DNA of 63,343 nucleotides, filler included, from Stramenopiles sp. TOSAG23-2 (Eukaryota), in the NCBI GenBank assembly GCA_900128395.1. It is 16 parts of 16 records of this genome, joined end to end, with 100 filler letters (N's around TTAATTAATTAA, not from the genome) between each part and the next. Parts side by side here need not be neighbours in the genome. Positions count along the whole stretch, not along the records: positions 45,705 to 49,739 come from LT651019.1; positions 49,840 to 53,871 come from LT651020.1; positions 53,972 to 57,999 come from LT651021.1; 13 more parts are not named here. One strand, written 5' to 3'. The position numbers were made by a program, and so were the translations under genes. Below the pieces are notes generated by a model. That model worked only from the letters and a program-made list of their open reading frames with translations. It made no database searches and had not been told where the DNA came from. Below are positions 45,706 to 55,893 of the stretch, piece by piece (within the stretch, counting starts at the first letter, position 1; the number at the start of each line of letters is the position of its first letter).

Positions 45706-47655
45706 AGTAATAATGATAACGAAGGCGACAAACAGGATGTTGATACAAGTGCTGATATGGATGAAAACATCCAATATAAAGTGTGGAAGAAATTTACAGC
45801 ATTGCTTATTTTTAAAAGATTTATGGCAAGTAACATAGTTGCAAGAAAAAGAATATGCAAGAAAAGAATTAAAGCTTTATTAGGCAACAAATCTGTAGTT
45901 TCTACTACACATGTCCCAAATGATTCAAATAATGTGCCTTTGCATATCCCTGACGTTGTACCTATGAAAATATTGAAAAAATGGACATTGCGTATAAAAC
46001 TTACATATAAAAACTTTCATGATATACACACACATATTAATATCCGGCAGAAATTTAATCAATGGAATGAATGTACAGGTATAGTGAATAGAACTGCAAA
46101 CGATTCTAATGCACAAGATGTAACGTCGCCATCAAAATGGTCTATTGTCAATCTATGTGTTGATGAAATTATACAACACACTTTCGACGAAATACAAAAG
46201 AGAAACGAAGATGAAAATCAATTGGATGCAGATGTTGCAAATTTGATGCCAAAGTGTAAGCGTTGTATCAAACATTTAAATGACATTCAAGGTTATGATG
46301 TTGATAATGTCTATTTCAACAACTTGCGTGACTCCTATATTTCCGAATTGAACAGGTTTGCTGATATAAATTTAATAAATATATTGCAGAGGATTGAAGT
46401 GGAATATAAAAGAAAGAAAGCAATGCTTAACAAAATTGTAAAAAAGCAAGAGGGGGAGACCAGGGAGAGTGGGGAGACTAATATACCAAAGGATAAAGTT
46501 GATGAATTAGAGCAAGAACAAAGGAAATTAGAAAAAAGAGTGGAAATTCTTGAAAAAAATAGGAATAATGTTGAAATTACTATGCACAACTGCTGGAACG
46601 CTTTGAATGATGAGGATGTTTTAGAAGATGACCGTGACAAAGAACGTGAAAAAAGAAGGAATATATATGAGGAAAAAGACAGAAAACGAAGAAAATGCCT
46701 AGAAGAAAACGAAAGAAAACGACAACGGCGAATCATACGACGAAAAAAGCGTGAAAAAAAATTAAAAGAATTGCTAGCTAGGAGGCAAAAACGCAAAGAA
46801 GAACGTGAGGCTAAACAGAAGTTGATTGATTTGTTAGGTGAAATTATATCTGATTATTCAGAAACATATGGTGAAAAAGTAAAAACGTTGAAAGGTAAAC
46901 CGAAAAAATTTTATCGTGGCAAAATAGAAAATTTGAAATTGTATTCATATCACCAGCTAAATGCGAAATGGGATCGTTTGAGAACGACAAAACAAGAAAC
47001 AGAAAATCCAGAAATAAAGCGAAAACGGGAACAAAAGGAGAAAGAGAAAAAAGCACGTGAAAGAAGAGCCAGGAGAGAACGTTTTAAGGCCAGCATCATA
47101 CGTAAAAATTCCCCAAGGATAAAACGACGAAAGAAGGAAAAAACAAGAATGCTGCAAGAAAGAACTAGGATTGAAGCAAAATGTTTTGTTGAAGTTGTAA
47201 ATGATACAGATGAGAGCGATAGTGATGGCGACACAACAACTTTTGCTAAACAAGAAATTGAATGGTGTAAAGCTGTTATAACAGAGGCATATAGAACAAC
47301 TACTGGTGCTATAAATTACGAAGTTGAATTTGAGGAAGATGGTACTAGACAACGTGGCTATCCACCAAAAGATATAAGACTTATTAATCAAAAAAACACA
47401 ACACCAAGTACTTTGCGAACTTACAGAACAGGAAAATTGGTATTGCACGGAGATGTAAACATACCATCAATGGCTGATCCAGGCAAGACACCAGATCCGG
47501 CGCTAGAAAGACGGTTAGTTGAACAATTTAATAAAACAAGCAATAGCTATAGTATATTTCAACCTGATCAAGAAAATAGGAAGAAAACAATGGATATTAT
47601 TAGCGATTCCGATGATGATGACATACCGTTGTCGATGTTAAAACATGGAAGGTGA
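45706..47655 (+). CDS. Basic coiled-coil protein with a possible Tudor-like barrel, 5'-truncated
   Basis: Frame open from the contig start. K/R/E-rich helices. WCKAVITEA..NYEVEFEEDGTRQRGYPPKDIRLI resembles a Tudor/Agenet barrel. Confidence 0.65.
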   Translation, partial: SNNDNEGDKQDVDTSADMDENIQYKVWKKFTALLIFKRFMASNIVARKRICKKRIKALLGNKSVVSTTHVPNDSNNVPLHIPDVVPMKILKKWTLRIKLTYKNFHDIHTHINIRQKFNQWNECTGIVNRTANDSNAQDVTSPSKWSIVNLCVDEIIQHTFDEIQKRNEDENQLDADVANLMPKCKRCIKHLNDIQGYDVDNVYFNNLRDSYISELNRFADINLINILQRIEVEYKRKKAMLNKIVKKQEGETRESGETNIPKDKVDELEQEQRKLEKRVEILEKNRNNVEITMHNCWNALNDEDVLEDDRDKEREKRRNIYEEKDRKRRKCLEENERKRQRRIIRRKKREKKLKELLARRQKRKEEREAKQKLIDLLGEIISDYSETYGEKVKTLKGKPKKFYRGKIENLKLYSYHQLNAKWDRLRTTKQETENPEIKRKREQKEKEKKARERRARRERFKASIIRKNSPRIKRRKKEKTRMLQERTRIEAKCFVEVVNDTDESDSDGDTTTFAKQEIEWCKAVITEAYRTTTGAINYEVEFEEDGTRQRGYPPKDIRLINQKNTTPSTLRTYRTGKLVLHGDVNIPSMADPGKTPDPALERRLVEQFNKTSNSYSIFQPDQENRKKTMDIISDSDDDDIPLSMLKHGR

Positions 47656-48095
47656 AAAATGAATATGATATATATAATTTAATATTTAAAATGAATATGA
47701 TATATATAATAACTGATGATACTGATATTTCATGAGAATCGAAAATCGAAAATATATCTGAAAAATTCAACATGTGTTGTGTGTTTATATGCATCTATTG
47801 ACGACTACAGTACCAAGACTAAGCCACTACGTTTGCTACTAACTTTAACGGTGCCTTGTGGCCCTAGTGATATTATGATAGGAAAATTTACGAAAGACAC
47901 TACTATATTATAAACTTCAAGTATAAATTAAATTCATTTTTAAAAACAACATACACACCAGCGGGCCAGCACGCCAGCACACACACTTTGAAGACGCTTC
48001 AAAAAAACAATGACCCAATCATTAAATTAAATAATGATATAAAAAGATCTTGGCGTCAACAAAAACTATATATGTATAAACATACAACCACACAC

Positions 48096-49529
48096 TTAAA
48101 TTGAATCAACGGAGCTTGGTTTGTTTATAGGTCCTTGCACTGGAGCTTCCTTTTTTTCCTTATAATGTGTCGTGCCATCAGTAAAAACAAAATTTTCATA
48201 TTTTGCTACAGTTTTTAAATTTTCATCATATGATGCTAAAAGTTCTCTATCCCTTTTCTTTTCTTCTTCTTCCGCCTTTTTTGCACCCCAGCGTCCACCC
48301 CAGTTGCGTGGTTTTTTAGGTTCCTCCTTTAATCTTTTCTCCAATTCTCGTTTTCGCTCACTTAATTCACCAGTTAAAATATTTGCAAGTGGAGATGTAA
48401 CTATTCTGGTTTCATGTAATGCCCAATCATGAATTTTCTTTTTAATATAAGATGAAGATAAATCGTTGATATAATCACTATCAAAAAGTAATGTAGATTT
48501 CAATACCACACGATCTAATTTAGTTAGTACATCTAACTTGTCTAACTTTCTTCCATCAGTCGTGTCCACTGAAAAATATTCATCAATCAAATCGAATTCA
48601 CCCATCAAACGTGTTCGTACAGAGTCAGTGACAATATTCTTTTTCATCATGTGTTTTAAAGCATTGCATAGTTTTTTTTCTTGCTGTATAATATTTTTAC
48701 CAATAAGGGTATTAAAATGTTTGTTTAATTGGTCAATAGGCTCAAAAAATAAACTTTGTACAAAATGCATTTTTGTATGTTTCGCCAATGCATCTCTCGA
48801 CCATTTCACTGCCGATTCGCTGAATTTGCTAATCATATGCGCAACACCAAAATTACATATGCCTTGTAAATTTATATTTACAGTCACACCTATACTAAAA
48901 CCAATTTCTGGCAAAAGGTCACATACTTTTTGAACTTTTTCTGTCACCGTTTTTACTGCAGGTTCAATCATTAATTCAAACATGGAATGTTTTTTCTTTT
49001 TCATCATAAACGTAACAAATCTGTTTTTCGATGCAACATTTTCCATCTTTTCAAATACTTCCGTTTCCCTCAGTTTCCTATATTCCTCTCGTAACAGCTC
49101 ATCCAAATGGTACGTATGTGTCAATATATTTTTTGCATAGAAAAATGATTTGACGAGCAACGTATACAATAGTTTAAACACACCACCACTGTTTAGTTCT
49201 ACTAAAGCATGTTTGATAATTTGAACCGGGTTCCCACAATTCTTATCACCATTAGCAACTACTTCATCAATACATTTTGCATCACATTTTTTCGTAAATG
49301 CATTTTTAACGACACGAACACCATCCCTAATCACACCATTTTCTTTCACTTCAATCAATACAGACTTGGATGACTTTTCGTTAACTGCTAATTTTTTATA
49401 ATTCCTAAAAGAAGACGAAGATGTAGGTTTTATTGCATGTACATTATTATAGAAACAAGACTGGGTAAAAATGATTGCAACGAACAATATTAAATATACA
49501 TGTTGGAATGAAGATGACATGTTTTTCAT
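48096..49529 (-). CDS. Secreted helical protein of unknown function
   Basis: 477-aa intact ORF with signal peptide VYLILFVAIIFTQSCFY. Confidence 0.75.
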   Translation of the reverse strand: MKNMSSSFQHVYLILFVAIIFTQSCFYNNVHAIKPTSSSSFRNYKKLAVNEKSSKSVLIEVKENGVIRDGVRVVKNAFTKKCDAKCIDEVVANGDKNCGNPVQIIKHALVELNSGGVFKLLYTLLVKSFFYAKNILTHTYHLDELLREEYRKLRETEVFEKMENVASKNRFVTFMMKKKKHSMFELMIEPAVKTVTEKVQKVCDLLPEIGFSIGVTVNINLQGICNFGVAHMISKFSESAVKWSRDALAKHTKMHFVQSLFFEPIDQLNKHFNTLIGKNIIQQEKKLCNALKHMMKKNIVTDSVRTRLMGEFDLIDEYFSVDTTDGRKLDKLDVLTKLDRVVLKSTLLFDSDYINDLSSSYIKKKIHDWALHETRIVTSPLANILTGELSERKRELEKRLKEEPKKPRNWGGRWGAKKAEEEEKKRDRELLASYDENLKTVAKYENFVFTDGTTHYKEKKEAPVQGPINKPSSVDSI

Positions 49530-50328
49530 TATTAATAATTAAATAAATACAAATATATAGATATTCTTTTTATGTTAGAGTACTTTCTTGAAAACTCTTC
49601 ACATCTATTCCATCACTACCTCTCTTCTTTCCATGTTTTTGTTTTATTCCTCCCCCTTTTTTTTAATCAAAAAAAAACCAGGAGACAATCCTTCATTACA
49701 TACTTTACCGTGTATAGTCTATCAAGTATAATATGTTACNNNNNNNNNNNNNNNNNNNNNNNNNNNNNNNNNNNNNNNNNNNNTTAATTAATTAANNNNN
49801 NNNNNNNNNNNNNNNNNNNNNNNNNNNNNNNNNNNNNNNACTTATATACTTAATTTAAAGAATTTGATACCCATAGATCACGAGGCAGGGAATAATTATT
49901 TTGTTTGAATGATAGCCAGTTTATTATTAATTGAATTTTTAGCGTAATGTAAATACTATAGATAGAATAGAGTGTTACCTATGAATCTGCAATCTCTGCT
50001 GGTTGCTGGCCTTACAGTAGCTGGTGTGGTTGCTGTCGTCGTCTGTGCGAAGTTTAAGGATAATAAATAGACCAAGAAAGGTATAGCTCGGTCGGCACAT
50101 CTGTTTTTTGTTGTTGCACATCATGCATGCAACAATCTGTTTGTGCATGCCCGCATGGAAAAATAATATTTTTTTTAATTTCAAAAAATGTGCAAATTGA
50201 TTGTGTGTAGTATGTATTAACAAACGTATAGACAGATAATTATGTATTACATATGACAATACATGGCGAAGTAGACCTGAGCTGTGTAGCATATATAGAT
50301 ATAGATATAGATATACAAAAAGAAAAAA

Positions 50329-51738
50329 ATGAATGAAATAAAACACTCAATTGTCAAAATAGAAATTGATATAGTGGATGATGATAATAGCAAAACAAAA
50401 CAAAGCAATTTACTAGAGGAAGAAAAAAAACATAATGGAATTTTACTTTTATTAAGTATAACTACAATATTTGGTATGTCTACATGGTTTTCTGCATCTG
50501 CTGTCATACCGGCATTGCGTATGAAGTGGAATGTCAGCAATTTAGCCATTTCAATATTAACACTTAGTGTTAATACAGGATTTTTAATTGGGGCACTTCT
50601 TTCCATACATTTTGATATAGCTGATTATTATAAACCTTCGAAGTTAATGGCTTGCGGTTCCATATTATCTGCCGCGTTTAATTTAATTCTCATTTTTCCA
50701 AATGTTCATTTAGTTGTAGCAATAGTATCACGTTTATTAACTGGAGCAGCTATGGCAATTGTTTATCCAATGGCAAGCAAAGTATGTTGTACATGGTTTC
50801 TTAAACGTAGAGGATTAGCCATGGGTGTTATTATAGCATCCGTTACTTTTGGTGCAGCTGCTCCGTCATTAATTAATGGAACGATAAAATTACATTGGCA
50901 GCTTGTAGTTATAACTACATCCATACTTAGTTTAATTGGTGGCATAATGTCTGCTTGTTTTTTAAATGAAGGACCATTATATGTAAGTAAGAAAGAAAAT
51001 TTTAATAATGTAATTGATAGTTCTATTAATAATAATAAGAAGAACAATAATAATGATGTAAACAACAATAAGATGGATGATATGAGTAAGAATAATAAAA
51101 TATGGGTAGATGTAATAAAAAATAAAGCCTTTGTTCTTGGAACATTGTCATACTCGGGACACAATTGGGAGATATATGCACTATGGACATGGTTTACTTC
51201 TTTTGCATATGATAAAGGCATTGGTCAAATGTTAATACTGAATGAACTTGATGCATCTAATGGAGCTTCATTAGCTTCTTTTTTTGTTATTGCTGTTGGT
51301 GTTATTGGTTCAATCGCTGGAGGTATTTTAGCAGATGAATATGGACGTACTACTATCTGTATTATCAGCTTATGTTTTAGTATTTTATGCTCATTAATAG
51401 TTGCATGGCTTAATGCTTCTCCAGCGATTTTACTATTCTTCGGTATACTTTGGGGTAATTTTACTGTTAGTGAATCGGCTCAATATAGTAGTATGGTAAC
51501 AGAAGTAGTAAAGCCAGAAAATATTGGAACTGCATCTACTTTACAATTTGCTATTGGGTATGTTTTTACGATTCCTTCAATGTATGTTGTACCATATTTT
51601 AAATCAATCGCTGGTTGGGGTGTTGCTTGGACTTCATTAACAATTGGACCAGTAATAGCATTGATCGGTGTTTATTTATTACGATTTCATCCATTGAGTA
51701 TAGCAGCAAAGAACAAAGTTGGAAGGAAAGTGTTTTGA
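50329..51738 (+). CDS. MFS transporter, bacterial-like subfamily
   Basis: About 12 hydrophobic helices; GMSTWFSASAVIPAL, SYSGHNWEIYALWTW, motif-A-like GILADEYGR. Confidence 0.9.
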   Translation: MNEIKHSIVKIEIDIVDDDNSKTKQSNLLEEEKKHNGILLLLSITTIFGMSTWFSASAVIPALRMKWNVSNLAISILTLSVNTGFLIGALLSIHFDIADYYKPSKLMACGSILSAAFNLILIFPNVHLVVAIVSRLLTGAAMAIVYPMASKVCCTWFLKRRGLAMGVIIASVTFGAAAPSLINGTIKLHWQLVVITTSILSLIGGIMSACFLNEGPLYVSKKENFNNVIDSSINNNKKNNNNDVNNNKMDDMSKNNKIWVDVIKNKAFVLGTLSYSGHNWEIYALWTWFTSFAYDKGIGQMLILNELDASNGASLASFFVIAVGVIGSIAGGILADEYGRTTICIISLCFSILCSLIVAWLNASPAILLFFGILWGNFTVSESAQYSSMVTEVVKPENIGTASTLQFAIGYVFTIPSMYVVPYFKSIAGWGVAWTSLTIGPVIALIGVYLLRFHPLSIAAKNKVGRKVF

Positions 51739-51838
51739 GAAAAAACATTTTATAAAAAAAATGCAATTTAATATTTATGATGATATATAATATTTATTAT
51801 TGTTCACTTTACGTAGATTTGGACCTGGAAGATCTGTA

Positions 51839-51891
51839 GTCGGAACACACGACGCTCACTATTAGAAGATCTGAGCGTCGTGTGTTCCGAC
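51839..51891. repeat. Perfect 20-bp inverted repeat with a 13-nt loop
   Basis: GTCGGAACACACGACGCTCA-ctattagaagatc-TGAGCGTCGTGTGTTCCGAC. Confidence 0.95.
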
Positions 51892-52174
51892 GAACCCTAA
51901 CACCTAACTACAGCCTCAGCAAATCGTATATATATATCATCGTAATATATTATATGCACACATATATGTCACATATTAGATATATATTATATATATTCCT
52001 CTGTGATGTATATTCCAATAGATGTGTTAATAGGTGTATATACTATTTATAATTAAATATTAATAAATATAAATATATATATGAATAAGAGAATTTTATA
52101 TATATATAATATATGTATTACCACCACACATTCCCCCATCCAACATAACCTTCATATGATATAAAAATTGCAAA

Positions 52175-52510
52175 ATGTGTCGTAATACATGTATTTGTTG
52201 TGAGGATTGGAAGTGTTGTAAATGTAGATGTTGTTCCAGAAAGAATACAAAAGTTGTAGACAAATCTTCGTATGATCGACGTGTGGCTGGACAACTTTTT
52301 AGTCAAAGTCCAAGAGCAGTGGATAGAAGGCAAAGAAACGTAAATGAACGGGGCCTTACGATCCTTGAGCATCATGGAAAAGATCATAAGGACCCGTTAA
52401 AGGATTTACCCCTAGATGGTCGAAATGGTAGATTTAATAATATGCATAGTAGTGGCAAGGAAGAAGATCTTGATGGATATATAGGTAACCGTCGATATGT
52501 GTATCCATAA
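52175..52510 (+). CDS. Small hypothetical protein with a Cys-rich N-terminus, possibly a terminal exon
   Basis: CICCEDWKCCKCRCC followed by coding-like sequence in an AT-rich context. Confidence 0.35.
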   Translation: MCRNTCICCEDWKCCKCRCCSRKNTKVVDKSSYDRRVAGQLFSQSPRAVDRRQRNVNERGLTILEHHGKDHKDPLKDLPLDGRNGRFNNMHSSGKEEDLDGYIGNRRYVYP

Positions 52511-53792
52511 AAACAATTTTTGTGAGGAGGAGATATCTTTTGAGAGATTGTAGAAATTGTCATGATGGAGTAGAAATAAAAAATTGTACGATAATGCGTT
52601 TATATTATTTAAAGATATATTTCGTACACACATATATAAATGCTTCTTTATAATACCTCGGCACGTACGTTTTTTCCGCGTGTATATTTTAATACACCTC
52701 ACGGTATATATTTTTTCCGTGCATATATACGAAAAGTACGATCGGTATTATCATATTTTATTTTGAACACAATAAATATTCATATATTCGTTAGGCAACT
52801 TCTCATATATAGCTTCTATTTTCAATGGAAATTACAATAAAAATGTGTGCCAGGTGTGCAGGTGTGCACGCAAACACGCATAAAAAATTATTGGTAGATA
52901 GAACCCTGATAGGAACATGAATGAAAGAGGAAGGTTTTGGGCTATAGCAGGTACAGAGCATTGGAATACATATTTTGTGTCGTTTTTGTGGACAATAGTT
53001 GTTCTTTAAGATATAGAGTATATTTTGGATATAGAATCAATTAACATTATTATAGATTTAGGTGTATATGCATATTGAACATATCGAGTATGCAACAGCA
53101 AGTACAATTTTGTACGAGGTTAATAATATATGCAAGAAGTTCTTATCCAAGGCTGTAGAAAACATTGAAAATATACAGAAAAACCTGTTTGAGATTTTGT
53201 TCAAGAACAAATTTAACAACAACAAAAATTGTTATTCATTAAAAACGAAAAAAAAAAATAAAAAACAAACGAAACGAAAACAGTAAGATTAAAATTTACA
53301 AAATGTCAACCGGTGACAATCCTATTGATTTACGTTTACCACGTAGGGAACGCACAGATAGAAATGTAAGAGGTGGACAAAGTGTAAGAGATATGCTAGT
53401 TTATGTTGATGAGAGTGACTGGACCATTCAAGTATATATTACTGTACAGTCATTTGATAGGAGGGAATCGCGCGATTTGAGTGATTCGCGATTCGCGATT
53501 CGGAAGTTAATTCTTCGTCTTTTGTTTCAGCTAAATAAAAAATAATACCAGGAATACGTGATATTATTTCAATTATGAACTGTGGCATATTAATATTACC
53601 AGCATACCCAATCTGTCAATTTTATGGTAGAAAGGTAGAAAAAAAAGATATACTATTATACTATATACTATGTAGAGAGGTGACATACACAGAGTTTGTA
53701 TACATGTCATATCATATACACAAATTGTCCATATAACAACAACAACCATAATAATTAACAATCTTATTAAAAAAAAAAAAAGAAAATAAATA

Positions 53793-53871
53793 ATGGCAAG
53801 TAAACCAATTGTAGTGGTAACAGGTGCATCAGGATATGCAGCAGGACATGTATGTAAATTATTAATGGAAA
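53793..53871 (+). CDS. N-terminus of an NAD(P)-dependent epimerase/dehydratase (extended SDR), truncated by the contig end
   Basis: MASKPIVVVTGASGYAAGHVCKLLME, a Rossmann TGxxGxxx motif. Confidence 0.75.
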
Positions 53872-54194
53872 NNNNNNNNNNNNNNNNNNNNNNNNNNNNN
53901 NNNNNNNNNNNNNNNTTAATTAATTAANNNNNNNNNNNNNNNNNNNNNNNNNNNNNNNNNNNNNNNNNNNNTTATTATATAAATAATTATATAAATAAGA
54001 GAATTTTATAAATAGATGGTATCAACTACTCGTAGCAGTTGATGAAAAACGAACATCATATATGATAGGAAGGCGGAGAATAAATTGTACCGGGGTACAA
54101 GTCATTATATATATGATAATATATATATATATGATATATATATATATATACACACACACACTCACACTATTTTATTGGGACAATTCCTCTTCTT

Positions 54195-55166
54195 TCAATT
54201 TTTGGCATAATATGTTGAGGATGCTTTGGTTTCACAATCTCGTTTACACAATGGACATAAACTACTCCTTTCGAACCATCGTTTTATACATTGATGATGA
54301 AAAATATGTGTGCCATGTACGCTAACAACTTTTTGTTTACATGCCATTTTTTCCAGACAAATTGCACAATCAGAATATTCTTTTTCACTATGTTTTACAT
54401 TCCATGTAGACATGTTTGCAAAAGTACTATTACTTAACCGTAAAGCATTTTGTAAATTTAAATGTCTTCTCAAACGTCTCTGGTCATCATCATTAGTATT
54501 ATTATTACTATATACATTATGAAGATAGGATTGAATTGATTGACGTGTATTATTTATTCGACCTATTGCTTCATTCATATTTTGTTGGTTATTTAATATT
54601 CTATTAATACCGCGTTCTATTGCATTATTCCTATATGTGTTTCCAGTGACATCATTATTATTATCTATGTGCATTACTGTTTGTTGTGTATCATGGACAT
54701 CTTTATGGTTTACATTGTTATTGTTATCATCATCTCTCCTATTATTATTATTATTAGTATATTCATATTTTCGACGTTGATGAATTCTAAATAATAATTT
54801 TTTTTGTTCATGGTTAATTTTATTCAAGTTATTTATATTTGGTCTTTCTCTGCTTAAATCTTGGCTTAAAGCAGATGAAATTGCTTCAGCACGATTTAAC
54901 ATCGCCATCATCTCATCAACGTTACATGCAGATCGTTGCGACTCATCACCATAGGTTTCTTCCAATTCCATTCTTCTTGATATTCGCTTTGCCCATCGTT
55001 CTTCTTTTGTTAAATTTCTTTTGTTTCTTCTACTATTATAATTATTATTATCATCATTTCTTTTACATTGTTCTGGTACTAATGTTTTCAAACGATCTAA
55101 CCTTGCTTGTAAATCATTTAATGGTGACAATTTCCCATTATCACAATATGGTGTTCTCTTCTTCAT
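54195..55166 (-). CDS. RING-H2-type E3 ligase-like protein with an atypical third ligand
   Basis: C-terminal CAICLEKM..VVSVHGTHIFHHQCIKRWFERSSLCPLCK. Confidence 0.82.
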   Translation of the reverse strand: MKKRTPYCDNGKLSPLNDLQARLDRLKTLVPEQCKRNDDNNNYNSRRNKRNLTKEERWAKRISRRMELEETYGDESQRSACNVDEMMAMLNRAEAISSALSQDLSRERPNINNLNKINHEQKKLLFRIHQRRKYEYTNNNNNRRDDDNNNNVNHKDVHDTQQTVMHIDNNNDVTGNTYRNNAIERGINRILNNQQNMNEAIGRINNTRQSIQSYLHNVYSNNNTNDDDQRRLRRHLNLQNALRLSNSTFANMSTWNVKHSEKEYSDCAICLEKMACKQKVVSVHGTHIFHHQCIKRWFERSSLCPLCKRDCETKASSTYYAKN

Positions 55167-55893
55167 ATGATTAGTTTATTTGGTAGTTGAGATTTGAATA
55201 ATGTTTACATTCAGTCTTCTTGTTCTACTTTTTTTTTAAACTTGTACTTTGTTTTTACTACCTGGTGTATGTCGTGTACGTCGTGGTGGTGTATAGACTA
55301 AATTAGAACCGATTATTGATTTTAGATTTTCCGATTTGCCAGTTGTGCAGCTGCCGCCAGCCAGGCCAGGATTGCCAGATTAAGGATTAAGATTGCCAAA
55401 TTCGATTGCCACATTTACATTATGCAGCTCATGCTTGATTGCGCCCTATTATATTTAAGGAGAAAGAGAAGAGAACAAGTATAAATTGATATATATTCAT
55501 ATAATCATATTTACCTATATTGAGTCAGAAAATGTCAAAATTAAATTGCAAAATTTAACCTTAAATATACAGGCACGTGAAATTAAAGTCGTCTACGAGG
55601 GTATCCGTCTATCACAAGTTTTGCAAAGTTACAGTAAAACTTAAACTCAGAAGACTGTGCGAATAATAAATTGCAAAGTGCCAAAGAAGTGCTGGAGTGG
55701 TGGCAATTTCAAAGTAAATATAATACAATTATTATTATATAATATTATTATTCTATGTCATTTATTTCATTTATACCCACACGCAACATTAAAAAATATA
55801 GTACATATATAATATGAACAGATAATATTAAATAAAATTGAACAAAACAAAAACAATAAAGTCTCTCTCGCATCATCGAACGATAAAGAGGCA

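Noticed and set aside
53303-53545. 80-aa ORF with a good start context
   Set aside because: No recognisable domain; cannot be distinguished from a gene remnant.
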